A stretch of DNA of 59,456 bases, counting the filler, from Nemertoderma westbladi (lineage: Eukaryota; Animalia; Xenacoelomorpha), in the NCBI GenBank assembly GCA_032718475.1. It is 3 parts of 3 records of this genome, joined end to end, with 100 filler letters (N's around TTAATTAATTAA, not from the genome) between each part and the next. Parts side by side here need not be neighbours in the genome. Positions count along the whole stretch, not along the records: positions 1 to 24,708 come from JAUCBJ010004519.1; 2 more parts are not named here. The stretch is one strand, 5' to 3'. The notes beneath the pieces are model-generated. The model worked only from the letters and a program-made list of their open reading frames with translations, ran no database searches and was not told the DNA's origin. Shown piece after piece: positions 1-12,519 of the stretch (within the stretch, counting starts at the first letter, position 1; each line of letters opens with the position of its first letter). The translations under genes were made by a program, and so were the position numbers.

Positions 1-139
1 GTAATTGGACACATAAGGCCCATATTTTGGACGACGAATGTTACCTTTCTACTTGTAGAAGTAGAAGCCATATTGTTGTTATATTTTACTCCCGTTAATT
101 AATTAAAAATTAATTGATTGGCAATATAATAAATATACA

Positions 140-820
140 GGTACGTTTTTACTTTACCCCCCCCCCCCCCCCCCTCCCCCACCCACCCCACATATTTCTC
201 CACTCACTATTTTGTGAATTTTTGTCAATTGAATATTGTTCACCAACACTTCATGCTTTTGTTGAAAAAAATTTTGTTCTACAGTAGAACACTATCTATT
301 GTTACTACTGTAGCTATGTTTATAGCTACCGACTTTAGCAAATATAATATTTGTTTATTTGGTAATTTGACATTATTTGCGCTGTTACTATAGAATTCTA
401 TATTCTAGAAAACTGTATTTAAATATCTCTTAGAACATATATCTCTAGAACATTAGTAGATATATTTTTTTGATGGAAGCTAGTGTTTTTTTTTACTAGC
501 TAGTATTTTTCGAAATTTAAAAAATACGGTATTTTTTCTATTTTTGTTATTGATTAAGTGTTGTATACATTTACAAGATATTATTTATTAAGGTAGCTCG
601 TGGTTTTTTTTACTAGCTAAGTATTTTTTAAATTATAAAAACAAAATGTGAGAACATTGATATTTCAGAACTATGCCTAAATAGCAATAATAGCTTGCTC
701 TAGAACAAAATTTTTTTTCCAATGGATTCATGAAGTGTTGGGAAACAACATCCAATAGAAAAAACGGCAAAAAATGGACATGCAAAAAATCCGGGTAGGG
801 GGGTAAAGTAAAAAAGTACC
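140..820. mobile_element. Non-autonomous TIR element, Merlin-like (GG termini, 8-bp TSD)
   Basis: Left end GGTACGTTTTTACTTTACCCCCC and right end GGGGGGTAAAGTAAAAAAGTACC are inverted; flanked by AATATACA at 132-139 and 821-828; long imperfect internal inverted arms. Merlin label inferred from GGTAC end plus 8-bp TSD. Confidence 0.8.
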
Positions 821-1419
821 AATATACATGGTTATATTAACAATTAAACTAAAGAAGAAACTGGAATACATTACCGTAAAAATAAGACAACACTGCGGTA
901 CAGTTGAGTAAGAATTTTTATTGTTTCTTTCAATCTCAAGCTAACTAGCGTTGCTTATATTTTGATCTGCGCGTGGCTATTTATTTATTCTATTTAATAA
1001 TTATAATTATTACACTAAATCAGGAACATTTTGTTTATCTCATAAGTAGCTTGGCAACAATACAATACATATATATAATTACTGATGTAGTTATATAATA
1101 GCTATATAATAAAATCAAATTCAATGTTCTAGAATATTTATATGTTGTGAAAGCAACTCAAAAAGGTATTATAAATCACATGTGATCGTTATGTATAAAC
1201 TATTTGTTACATTATGTAAACTCATCAGCGTTCTGATGAATTACTTTGCAGCGTTGCGGCATATAGGACGGGACGCTGAAAAGTAATCAATGACATGAAA
1301 ACAACTTAAATTACCGAATTCCAGAATGTCTTATTTCAATTTATATCAATGCGCGATTCTTTATTCAATAAAGCAGCACGTGTTTGCATAATGTGTGCGT
1401 CCAGTTTGTAGTGACGGGA

Positions 1420-1880
1420 CTAGCTACCTGTCCCCCATCAAAACATGGCAACAGGTGGGACTTGTCCCGCCTCCTATCCTCCATTAAAACATGGTAACAG
1501 GTGGGACTTGTCCCGCCTGTCCTCCATCAAAACATGGTAACAGGTGGGCTTGTCCCGTCTGTCCTCCATCAAAACACGGTAACAGGTGGGACTTCTCCCG
1601 CCTGTCCTCCATCAAAGCATACCAACAGGTGGGACTTGTCCCGCCTATCCTCCATCAAAACATGGTAGCAGGTGTGACTTGTCCCGCCTGTCCCCCATCA
1701 AAACATGGCAACAGTTGGGACTTGTCCCATCTGTCCTCCATCAAAACATGGTAACAGGTGTGACTTGTCTCGCCTGTTCTCCATCAAAACATACCATCAG
1801 GTGGGACTAGTCCCGCCTGTCCCACGTCAAAACATTGGTAACTGGTGGGTCTTGTTCCGCCTGTCCCCCATCAAAACATG
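1420..1880. repeat. Tandem minisatellite, about 43-bp unit, about 10 copies, hairpin in each unit
   Basis: Unit AAAACATGGTAACAGGTGGGACTTGTCCCGCCTGTCCTCCATC (starts at 1486 and 1529); ACAGGTGGGAC-TT-GTCCCGCCTGT is a near-perfect inverted repeat. Confidence 0.95.
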
Positions 1881-1938
1881 CTTCTGTATCAGGGTGGGAC
1901 AGGCCTTTAGCAGGCTATAACTAATATAATAATAATAT

Positions 1939-2972
1939 ATGATATTTGTGTCTACTGTTGACGGTGACACAGAACCATTTGAGGTGTTATGGGGCGTCCT
2001 CCAGGGAGACACACTTGCACCATTCTTGTTCATAATTGTTCTTGACTATGTTCTACGCATGTCCTTAGATCATCATAATGAAGATGGGGTGATGATAACT
2101 CCACCTACTGGCTCCAGAAGTCGAGGAAATCCTGCCAAGTACCTAACTGATCTAGACTTTGCTGATGACTTAGGAGTACTCTCAGAATCACTAGAGGGAG
2201 TCCAACGGCTCCTCAGCTCATTAGAACATGCTGCTTCTAGTGTTGGTCTATTTATTAACTCCAGAAAGACCACAATTTTGACAGTTAACTTTGAAAGTCC
2301 TCAGCAAGTCTCTGATCGGATGAGCATAAGCTCAAAATATGGTATGCTTGAGCATGTGGATGACTTCTGTTACCTGGGATCATGGATCCGGAAGTCAGGT
2401 GAGGACCTTCGAATACGTAAGGGAAAGGCATGGGCAGCCTTGAATAGGCTTTCCAGGATTTGGAAGTCACCGAGAATTAATCGGAAACTTAAAGGTCCGA
2501 TTATTTAGAGCAGCAGTAGTTCCAGTACTCCTCTATGGGAGTCCATGCTGGGCTCTAACTGCTGAGGACACCAAATCTCTGGATGGCACATTCACAAGAA
2601 TGCTACGCCGGGTTCATTGTGTCAAGTACAATGCACACATCTCCAACCAGACACTATATAACATTGGAGGTGTCTCATTGGTTCCCCCAAGCTTGACACT
2701 AGAACAAAATCGCCTCCGCTTTGCAGGACATTCCTTTCGCCGTGAGGCCCAGCCAGTGCATAATATTGTACTTTGGCAGCCTCATGGAGTGAATAAGCAT
2801 GGTGGACAGCCCATGACTTTCTTGAGACGCATCTTAAATGACACTGGCCTTGAAGATGCGGATGATCTAGCAAATGTCATGGGTGATAGGGAGTTGTGGC
2901 GGTGCAATTTGTCGATAAGCCGGCACAGCATTCATAAAAATGCAGCTACAATGCAGCATGCCGATCCTAGTA
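1939..2972 (+). mobile_element. 5'-truncated RTE-clade LINE (RT C-terminal half, frameshifted)
   Basis: ORF 1939-2508 has GVLQGDTLAPFLF...LDFADD...FCYLGS RT motifs; it continues after a frameshift into 2600-2983 (RLRFAGH...DRELWR). The 3' end GCCGATCCTAGTA matches the (TAG)n-tailed copies at 14884 and 18643. Confidence 0.9.
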
Positions 2973-4563
2973 ACACTTTGTAAAATTGTATGGGAGATTT
3001 GCCACTGTGATATCTGTAATCTACTCGTCACTAGGATGAACCATTTACTGGAATAAAAATAATACCGTATTACAAGTTACGATAATAGTGAATGTCTTTT
3101 TTATGAGATGTGTATAATAATAAAAACATGTGCCTGGTTACTGGCGCTGACTATGTGTTTCGTTTATAATTTTTATTGAACCCAGTGAGTAGGCTTACTG
3201 AAGGTTACGTTGAAAATCAATATGTATTACGATATGTATTGAGTTTCTAGAGTTAAATTTATGCAATTATTTTTTGTTCGAACTTTTTATGTAACGCCTG
3301 ACACGTAAGGTCCGACACGCAACGTACGACACGTAACGTCCGCCACCAGTCCGCACAACTTTGAATTGCAAATATCGACTTCAGAAGATCTGCAGTGCAA
3401 TTATGAATACCTTTTTGAATAATATAATTGTTGAGTCACAATTTCAGTGCAACAATAATCACATACCAGTCTTCGGCATTAATTACAATGAAAAATAAAA
3501 TATGTGCAATAAAAAGTGTCCTACTGTATATTTGTAACGTCCGATACCTTTTTAAAGTGAACTGTGTAAGAAGAATAACTTTTCCCGTATTTGTGTTATT
3601 CTGAAAGATTAATAAATTGTCTCATTTATTATATGCAATCTGATGTCAAAAGCACTAGCATTTTAAATTTTGAAGAAAAACAATAAATATGTCCGACACT
3701 GGAATTGCTATGAATTCCCTGTGTGAATTCTCTGATAATTATTTGCCTCAAATATCGTGACCATAGAGCCAGAACCACAATACCACAATTAAAAAACAAA
3801 ATTTTCACCAAAAGTACTCGAGATGGCGTTCTACATCTATGTTAAAATCTTAGAGTTGTATGTCAGTCCGTTTAGAAGATATGGAAAACCAGAACAACCC
3901 TCACAACATATAAGTTGAAAACTATCAGAGGAAAAACAACACATACCACAATTATTCGAAGCAGAATGTATGGCAACTCCGGTAGGCCTATATTGTAAAC
4001 GAATCAAAAGAAGCCAAATTATTCCGGAATATGTATTTAAATTAGCGGCAAAGTTGATTAATATGAACTATTCCACACTATCTGACGCGATTTTAAAGTG
4101 GAAAATGTAGATTATCGGTACAGTAATTTTTTGATTGATTTGAATTGATTCAGTTCTGAATGATGGTTCCGTGGTTAATAAATTCATCGAGTTTTAATCG
4201 AACCAGTGGAAAGTTTTGAGTCGGATATACTGGGGAACAGAAGGTGATTATTTCGCAGCTGAGCACCTGCGATTATAAACATTTTAACATAAGATAATAA
4301 TTAATTATGGTCTCGTTTTTTGGAACCATATTTCACTGCCGCGTTTTTGTCGCAATAAGGACCTTTTTCGCCGCGTGGACAAAAACACTGCGATAAACAA
4401 GTCATCGAAAATGATCTTTTTACTCATAATCTATTTGATTTTTAAATAATGTTTAATATTGAATCAAACCTAAATAAATATAATTACCGGTACTTATTTT
4501 AAAATTAGTTATAACGGAGTATGGCTATTTATAGAAATTACCATTTAAATCACATGTGCTCAA

Positions 4564-4827
4564 GTGTGTGTGTACTCACCAGCAGGTGATGCCGATGTAC
4601 AAATGGAGTATGTTGATGACTTGGAGTTTACAAAGTTATATTATATTCCATCATCTAGTTCTAGTGACGATGAAGATGATCCTAGTCCAAATTTGTCTAG
4701 GGATGATGTCCTTCCAGTCAATAGTAATGTCGTAGGGAAACATATGAGGAAGCCTGGCAAGGGGCGAAAAATATCCAACCAAGCAGCATGGAAATGTAAT
4801 GTACGTAAGTCCGTTCGCGACATTTAA
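4564..4827 (+). pseudogene. Possible transposase N-terminal relic (acidic tract followed by basic WKxNxRK motif)
   Basis: SSSSSDDEDD followed by RKISNQAAWKCNVRKSVR resembles N-termini of some invertebrate DNA transposases; no catalytic region seen. Confidence 0.25.
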
Positions 4828-5944
4828 ATATCTATCTATCATACTTTATAAGAAGAAACACCATTCAATAGTCGAGGAATCATGTGAATTGTTCTGTTTC
4901 TGTAACAAAATCCTAGAGGTACACACACAGACTAGAGCAATGTTAAATTTCAGTACGTGTGTTGTTTTGCCTCTTTGGAAAATAAGAAAAAAAAAACGTG
5001 TTTTTTTTCATTACTAAAATTTATTCTGAATGCTAGCCACTATTATACTGTAAAATGTATCATTGTATCTTCCCAGACCTCTGTCGAAAAAATTAGGAGA
5101 CGGGATCCATATAGAGGGAATTGAGAAGGTTTTTTGCATTTTTCTCGAAACCACATTTTTTGGTGAGTGTTGTTCTGGCTCTTTAGGCAGGATATAATTA
5201 AATGGCACACAATAATTATATCGATTACAATTCGCATTTTAAACGTTACACTACCGCATATTGCATAAACGAGTAGGTTGAAAGTGTTCCATTATACCGA
5301 GCAAATTACGGGATTTACAAATAAACTCCAACTCATTTTACGATAATCGCATCTCTCGTGTGGCGTAGCAAAAATCTGAGACCTATTCCAAGCTGCGACA
5401 AAGTGACCAAAAAAAAAGTGACAAAGTGAACCCGGCACACAAATACGAAGCCCTCATCCATCTTCACAATGTGTCACGCAAGTTCCCATCGGGAACACGC
5501 ACAGAAGGATGCGTCACAATGTGTCACACATCCTCGCAAGGTTTCACAAGGGAATAAATCCTCATCCAGTCACAAAGGAACGCAAGATCGAATCCTAAAA
5601 TTAGGTGCATTCGGCAGTCGGAATAATTCATCGCTTTAGTGTGACATGTTATGTTTGAAGAATGTGTGACAATAGGGGGTGGGGGGTTGGGGGGGGGGGG
5701 TCTAATATTACGTGACACGGGTCTGAATCTATGCAAATCAGCGCCGCCCAGTAATAGTACTACAGTTGAGAGTACAATAAATTGAAATGCCGATATTTAA
5801 TCCAAGAAAGTGATAAATAAATTCCAAACAAACAAATCAATGATGTACAAGTGGTAAAGAAATAAAGTACCTGGTTTTATAACTGGGTATAGCAACTGCA
5901 CCCAACCTATAATTTGCAACACTGCTGTCAATAACCCAGACAGA

Positions 5945-7906
5945 CTACGGGCTATACGGACCCTGTTCGTCGGTCCACTTGCGTTCCACAGTCAGAGTGA
6001 CCTGATTCAACCCCAAGGACTCCAACGTTACTGTTCCATCAACATCCTCCGTTAGGTCTCGTTTGGGGAACAGCGTGAGCACACGGAACTCGTCCTGCAG
6101 AAAGCCACGACTCCCGATGTAGTCTAGCAGCGTCTGCAATGGGTCGGACGCGTAGAACCTCCGGACCAGCTGCCCTTCCGGCGTCCTTATCCGCAGCTGG
6201 TAGACTCCGGGTGCACCCCAGGGGGGCTCCTCCCTCAGTATCTGCGCGATGGATTGCATACGAACTTCCCGAATTCTTCCGGCCTCCTCCACTAAAGCCT
6301 CTTTGTCTCGCTTAACAGTCTCCTCATCTTGTTTACTCTTCTCTTTCATTCTATCTGCGGCTAACGACTCGTTATAAGCAATGTCCTGCTCTGCTAGAAC
6401 CGACGCTCTGGCTCGGCGTTCTGTCTCCTCCAACATAAAGTTCTGCAGTTTCTCGGAGATATCAGTGATGGATCTCGTGAGATCGGCGAGGTACTCGGGG
6501 ATTGTGAGCGAAGGTTTCACGATCGACACGATTTCCGCTGGGCCGCGAGGTTTAACGTAGAGAACGAGGAGCAACGGGAAGTCATCCGTCTCGTAATCGC
6601 TAGTCAACGCGTTTAAACCTTGGAGAGTGGCGAATTCCTGAGAGAGAATCGATAGGAGGCGATCCAACCCGGAACTAACATCCCAGGCCCACATAACGAA
6701 GTTAAGAGTTAATAACGAAACTACAGCCTCGGAGCAAAGAACCTGGCTGCAGAACACGTTGGTTAGAATGCTGCGATCGTTGTGGAGGTAAATAGCGATG
6801 CCTCTAGAGTCGAACATCGATGAGGAAGAAGCTTCTGCGATGGCTTCGGATAGCGAGCCAACGAGGAACATAGGGGAACAAGAGCCGTAACGCAGCGGGA
6901 ACTTGGATGCGATGAAGGTGAGGGCCTCGCGTTGGGACGTGCAGGTGGTCGGGACCAGCGGGGAGGGGGTCCGGGACACGCAGTCGTAGAAGGTATCCTC
7001 GACGACCTCGGGGGGTTCCTCCATGTCGACGTCGTCGTCGTCGGATGCGACGGTCGGCGGCGCGCGGGCCGCCGGACGGACAGATCGACAGACGGACAGC
7101 GAGTGGTCGGTTGCGACGCCGGTTTGGGCCAGGGTGACCGCGTCGTGCGGCCCCGGATGGCCCTCCGTGAACCCGGACCAACGCTGTTGCCGTGTAGGGA
7201 TACCAGTCACCTGTGATATGTCGAACTTAACGTCGCTGATAAGCGTTGAACCCGTGTAGTTCAGGTCGTAGGTTTTGTTTCTGTCCGTGTCGGTTATGTG
7301 GAGGAGGAAGGGTTTGTGTTGGCGGTCTTCCATCCTGTTTTGCATGCAGGTTGGGAGGGAAGCCGAGGATGAGATTAAATCTAGAGTTACTTCGTTTGGG
7401 AATGCGAATGTTGATATCGGAGAATCGCTGGTTATTAAACAGTCCGTCGGGAGTCCCAGAATCACTTGGGAGTCACCGGGGATTCCAAAAATCGTGTGAA
7501 TCTGGTTGCGGAGTTCATTCATGCTGGCATTCCTGTCGATTATAATGGGGTAGGTGAGTCCCTTGTTTTGCACAAGAAATGTTACACTGTTACTGGTACC
7601 GGTAGAAGAATTGGAATCCGTAGCAATCAAAATGTTAGAGTTGGGTCGGTTCCTAGAAAAGGGACTGGAGTTTTTCGTAGACCAACTATCGATATTCGAT
7701 CTAGTAAATTGATGATTTGGGAGGTCATTGTCATCATCCACTACGACAACATCGCCATTGTTGTCTGGAAGGGTTCCGCTCACAGCTTTGTGAAGGTCCC
7801 AGGATGTCTGCTCTAGTATTGCGATGCATTCCTCGACGTTCTCTATCCCGGAACAAGCCTGGAAATTTGCCAATATCTCATTTCTATCGTTATCGTTACT
7901 ATCCAT
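5945..7906 (-). CDS. FAF1: FAS-associated factor 1 (UBA-UBL-UBL-UAS-coiled coil-UBX; p97/VCP adaptor), single exon, 653 aa
   Basis: N-terminal EILANFQACSGIE...ILEQTSWDL (UBA); two ubiquitin-like regions; UAS motif AIYLHNDRSILTNVFCSQVLC...WAWDV; EQDIAYNESLAADRMK coil; C-terminal UBX (RIRTPEG..RRF...FPKRDL). Confidence 0.93.
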   Translation of the reverse strand: MDSNDNDRNEILANFQACSGIENVEECIAILEQTSWDLHKAVSGTLPDNNGDVVVVDDDNDLPNHQFTRSNIDSWSTKNSSPFSRNRPNSNILIATDSNSSTGTSNSVTFLVQNKGLTYPIIIDRNASMNELRNQIHTIFGIPGDSQVILGLPTDCLITSDSPISTFAFPNEVTLDLISSSASLPTCMQNRMEDRQHKPFLLHITDTDRNKTYDLNYTGSTLISDVKFDISQVTGIPTRQQRWSGFTEGHPGPHDAVTLAQTGVATDHSLSVCRSVRPAARAPPTVASDDDDVDMEEPPEVVEDTFYDCVSRTPSPLVPTTCTSQREALTFIASKFPLRYGSCSPMFLVGSLSEAIAEASSSSMFDSRGIAIYLHNDRSILTNVFCSQVLCSEAVVSLLTLNFVMWAWDVSSGLDRLLSILSQEFATLQGLNALTSDYETDDFPLLLVLYVKPRGPAEIVSIVKPSLTIPEYLADLTRSITDISEKLQNFMLEETERRARASVLAEQDIAYNESLAADRMKEKSKQDEETVKRDKEALVEEAGRIREVRMQSIAQILREEPPWGAPGVYQLRIRTPEGQLVRRFYASDPLQTLLDYIGSRGFLQDEFRVLTLFPKRDLTEDVDGTVTLESLGLNQVTLTVERKWTDEQGPYSP

Positions 7907-8420
7907 ATCTTCAATTCGGTTTTATCGGTTATTATTTTACTGACTTATCCTGGTAGATATTGTTGCCCTGACAACTTCAATCGATCATACATTTCGCATT
8001 TATTTAGCAGTTTAAAAGCTCAACTAAACGATAAGTAATATTCTAGAATAAAAGACAAAAAAAATTAGAATTATTGGACCGATTTACAATTTACGTCTCA
8101 AAATTTACACTTTCGTATTACATATTACCGGTATGATAATATCTCTTTGGTGAAATTTAAAACGGTTTTCAGATTCGGAATCTACAGACTGACAGATGAA
8201 GGCGGTTCTAATGATATCTAGATTACCGGTACATTCAAAATACGAAAAAAAAAAAGCCAACAGGCAACAGACTGCTGCCATACTGCAGTGTGCTATCTCT
8301 ATCTGCCAGTACCGAGGTAGAATAAAACGTCTGTCCTTATCTGATCTGACAGCATCTGATCCTACAACCAATCAGGAGAAAGAAATATAATATTTACCTA
8401 ACTGTCTGTTAGGTAAATAG

Positions 8421-8681
8421 CAAGGCCTACTAGAGAAACAGGCCTGGAATCCGAGATCAAGCCAATTCTATTGAAGGCCTAATAATCCAATGTATGTGTG
8501 TGTGTGTATCCGGAGCTCTACAGCCCCCGCATTTCTAAACCAATCTGATCGAGTAAGGTATCAAACGAAGCGGAATTGTCATACGATGCTCACCGCCCAA
8601 AAACATTTTGGTATTCTAGAACATTAATTAGCTATTAATAGCTATTATCACTACAGACCGCATTTATAATAGTAGGCCTTG
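8421..8681. mobile_element. MITE, P-element-like (CAAGG termini, 8-bp TSD)
   Basis: TIR CAAGGCCTACTA/TAGTAGGCCTTG; TSD GTAAATAG at 8413-8420 and 8682-8689; empty site in copy B near 32248. Confidence 0.85.
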
Positions 8682-9099
8682 GTAAATAGCCAGTAGCTGA
8701 ATAGGGGATCACGTTTCACGTTGCCCTGTTAAGTATCAGTATCATCATATGAAGTAGCAGTACAGGCATACCGGTATGCATCTAAATGCACAAAGGCATG
8801 TTATTATATTTATATATTAAAAATACGATATAGGATGAAGGTTTGTTACGCTAAAGGCAGAAAGGGAAGGCAGGGAGGGGTATCTCTCAGTCTCTCTAGG
8901 CCTACTGCGTGTAGGCCTAGTGTGTATATGAAGAAACACTTAACATGCCCCATATTGCCAGCTGATACAGTGGTGTTTACAGTATGCCTAGACGATGAAG
9001 GAATATCTGAATATGGGAAGGTGGATGGGAATGTGGGAATTAATAAACTAAGACATTGGCTTACAGTACACCAAATAAGACTTCCTCAATTGGAAGTTA

Positions 9100-9310
9100 C
9101 CTTCCAATTGAAGGAAAAGAGCAGGTTACAGCGGCTGTAATTTCTAACCAAAACAATAAACGACAATTGTTACCTACCAATTGAGGGAAAGGAGCAGGTT
9201 ACAGAGACAGGGTTTTCTAACCAAAACAATAAACGATTTTGATACCTACCAATTGAGAGAAAGGAGAATGTTACCGCGGCTGACTTTTCTAACCAAAACA
9301 ATAAACAACC
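9100..9310. repeat. Tandem array of about 65-bp module (CCAATTGAGGGAAAGGAGCAGGTTACAG...AACCAAAACAATAAAC)
   Basis: About three imperfect units here; same array at about 32615-32825; single unit at 18536-18600. Confidence 0.8.
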
Positions 9311-9939
9311 AGCGGGCACCTTCCCACATTCCCATCCACCCACCCACCCATGTGGCAATAATAGGCTGATAAATAATTAGCATAAACATAATTAGTTAAG
9401 TACTATTATGTACTAGGACTAGCAGACTAGTAAGGTATTCTGGTATTCTTCACATGGGCGAATAATACCAGACTTTGCCGTTATATTTCACTTTGCAGTT
9501 ACCCCCATGTGAAGAATACCAGGTTTTCTCCAAAAACACAGGTTACAGAAGGGCTGAATATAACCAAAACAATAAACGAATTAGTATATGTCTGTATGTA
9601 CAGGTTATAAGCCATAAATAAGCTCTCTATAATACACTTAATAAAGATAAATAAAAAAAAATTAAAATCTCCATATATAAAATTCCAATAAAAGTCGACC
9701 GAAAAGGTAAATCCTGGTATTCTTCACATGATGCATGGGCCTGCACCAAAATTTGGCACAGGCCGCTAAAAACAAGTTTAAAATTTCTAGCTTATTTTAT
9801 TTGAATTCCTTTTAGTTCGTTTCAGTTAGTCTTTTAGTTAGTATCGTTGTTTCAGAGCGGGAGGTGTTATATTGACCCCCCCCCCCCCCCCCGTGTGTAA
9901 GGGGAATACCGGGGAAACTTCACATGCTGACATCGGCAG

Positions 9940-10110
9940 AAACTCCAGTACTGCAGTACTCATTTAGCTATCATTTAAGGATGCAAGGCAGAGATTCCTC
10001 GTTAAACCCTTAAAAACATTCGTGCCGAAACGAAAACTACCTTGGCCCCCATGCCGGGATTGAACCCACAAGCTCCGCGAGACGTGAATTCAATATAACC
10101 ACTACACCAA
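9940..10110 (-). mobile_element. tRNA-derived SINE with Nin-like core, carried inside Mutator-like copy A
   Basis: Minus strand TTGGTGTAGTGGTT (A box)...GGGTTCAATCCC (B box), then GGTAGTTTTCGTTTCGGCAC and GCTAAATGAGTACT shared with 23996-24240; the extreme 5' end is displaced to about 12501-12512 by the 10111-12500 insertion. Confidence 0.75.
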
Positions 10111-10784
10111 CAGTCAGGGAGATCATCAAATTTGAGAATACCTCAAATTTCAAATTATAGACCCAATTTTGGAATTACCTCAAATTTAATACAAGGCTGC
10201 AAGGTTAGGTTAATTCTCTAAATTGGAGTTTTACCCCAAATTTGAATTTCATAGCAGCATAGTCAGATACAGACAGAAGTCATAGTTGGCCTTGTTCAGT
10301 AGTTGTTAGCTTGTTACTGTATTGCAAAGGTAAAAAAATAAACTGATGTAGGCCTAGTGTCTGAGTGTTGTGAAATATAATATTTAAAACATATACAGTA
10401 TTAGTTTAAAAAGGCTTATACTTAAAAAGGCTACTGGCAGGGCGGTAGGGGTGCAGTGGGGTGGTATGATCAGATGGTAGACATATAAAACGAAGTACAG
10501 AGCTTAAAGAACTTATATTTTTATATTGTTACTTTTTTGCTTGAATATGCCATAAAATCGGGAGAAAAAGTAGTAGGCCTACTTTTTTTTCCTACTGGTA
10601 GGGAAAAAGTTGTCCCCATAATATCTGAATATTGTAACTTTTTGTTGGGCACAGCTTTTGCAAAGTCGGCAACACAGCAACCTGCAATAATATTGAATAA
10701 TATTGCCACATAATAATGTACCATAGAGCCATAATTTTGCATTGATTTCACTTTTTCTCCCGGTAAAAAAAGTAAAATAAAACA

Positions 10785-11045
10785 TTGGCATTTGTGTCAA
10801 ATAGGGGACCCTCCTAGCTCCTAATCTGCTAATCCTGAAATCACCTAAACTAAAGTCACTTTCACTAGTGCCCGGTTACAGGGTTAGCAAAGGAGCAGGT
10901 TACAGAAGTGAGTTGAAAGTAACCAAAAAACAATAAACAAGAGTTAGGAATATTGATATCACCTGCACTAAATTTCAGGATTAGCTGGTGATTTCAGGAT
11001 TAGCAGATTAGGAGGGTCACCTATTTGATTTGACAAAGTGCCAAA
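10785..11045. mobile_element. Small foldback/MITE
   Basis: TCAAATAGGGGACCCTCC...CTAATCTGCTAATCCTGAAATCACC inverted with GGTGATTTCAGGATTAGCAGATTAGGAGGGTCACCTATTTGA; TSD not resolved. Confidence 0.65.
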
Positions 11046-11269
11046 ATATTTTTGGAGGAATTTCTAAAATTTCATTGAATGTGTTGATCAAATTTTTGAT
11101 CGAAAGTTGAGCAAAATCCATCCCTACACACTATTGCAATGCAAATTTAATGCCTGCAAGAGTGCAAGGTGTACTCCAGCCAGAGATGAGATAAAGCCTC
11201 GAGAATAGGTTAGTGAAAAAGGTTATACTTTTTGCCCAAGTTATAAATGATTCTGGTTCCTCATAAGGT

Positions 11270-11800
11270 CAATTTAAAAGGATGTATGTATGTATAGTAT
11301 AAACAAACAGTCATTTAGATTTCTAAAACATTTCAGATGTCTTGATAAGAAAGCAGAGTCTAAAGACTGTTTAAAAGAATAGCGATTAGTGATGATGATG
11401 TTTCTACTGTGTTCCAGGTCCAGCATGTTCCATATGTTAATGGCCCTGATAACTGGATAAGAAGAGGTGATGTATGGAACATGCAGACATGGGAGCATGG
11501 GCAGATGGGCGGGGCATGGCCTTTAGAGTCTCCAGTCGTATAGAATAACTAACAAAATAATCAAGTCCACATATATTGTATAAACCACGTCAACCTTTGC
11601 GGCAACATTTCTCTAGAAATGGGCTCCAAACTGTGGAAGAATGATGGTACAGTATTCCAATTGACAGATAGAGCTAGGGCAGGCGAATATTACATAAGTC
11701 TTCAGGCTGTCAGGAGAGGAATGGCTTATTTGATGTACACAAAGTTTTAAAGAGGACATCAACAACCAGAAAACATATTTTTTTCCGAAGATGTGTGATG
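11270..11800 (-). mobile_element. Degenerate LINE 3' fragment (CR1/L2-type)
   Basis: RAINIWNMLD...YSFKQSLD resembles the C-terminal RxxxxWNxL...FKxxL motif of CR1/L2 ORF2; boundaries approximate. Confidence 0.5.
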
Positions 11801-12519
11801 TGAATGATGAACAGAACAGATGAATGCCAGAATATGTAAACTTCCAAATTCTGGAATTGATTCAACATCCTGACATCTACAAGATATAGTAGGCCTTCCT
11901 GAGTCTGTGACTGTGCAGCTGTGTGAGCTTGAATCTCCCAACAGTGAGGCTTTGGTCTACTGTTCTTCTTACCAACAGTAAGGCAGTAAGGCGAATAGTA
12001 TAGCGAATTTCTCTAGTCTTCTGCATTTTTCTCACCAATCACTAAAGGAGTTAACAATCATTAAAGTTTTAAACATGTCATGTCACATTGGTCACTGGTT
12101 ACACTGGTCACCCATTATCACCAAGCTCTATAAGCACTAAGCAGCAAAGCCTATTGCTACACCCTACTGCTGGCAGGCTGGTGATGTTGTAAAGACTGGC
12201 GAAATTTGAGGTTTTATCTCAAATTTGAGGTTTAACCTCAAATTTCAATTTTCGCCCCCCAATAAAAGCATGTTTGCATCGGTGAAATATTTTATTGCAT
12301 CGATGAAAGTTCTTATTTTACAATATATTTTAACATATTAAAAGTAAAAGTTGCTCCAACAGTTTCCCTAAGTCGCAGCAACACTCGTTATTATGAGCCT
12401 AAAAATACCTCAAATTTGAACAAAAAACCCCAATTTTCGACAGCCTATTACCAGAATTCGAAATTTGGGGTAACCCCAAAATTGATGATCTCCCTGACTG
12501 ACCAAGGTAGGCTCTGAAC

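Larger units (their letters stand above)
10111..12500. mobile_element. Non-autonomous DNA transposon with CAGT termini and 5-bp TSD (family 1)
   Basis: TIR CAGTCAGGGAGATCATCAA/TTGATGATCTCCCTGACTG; TSD ACCAA at 10106-10110 and 12501-12505; subterminal CCTCAAATTT repeats; absent from copy B. Confidence 0.9.

Noticed and set aside
1420-1880. CRISPR-like or retron-like array beside a reverse transcriptase
   Set aside because: Units are contiguous with no unique spacers, no cas genes are present, and the RT is a eukaryotic RTE LINE fragment.
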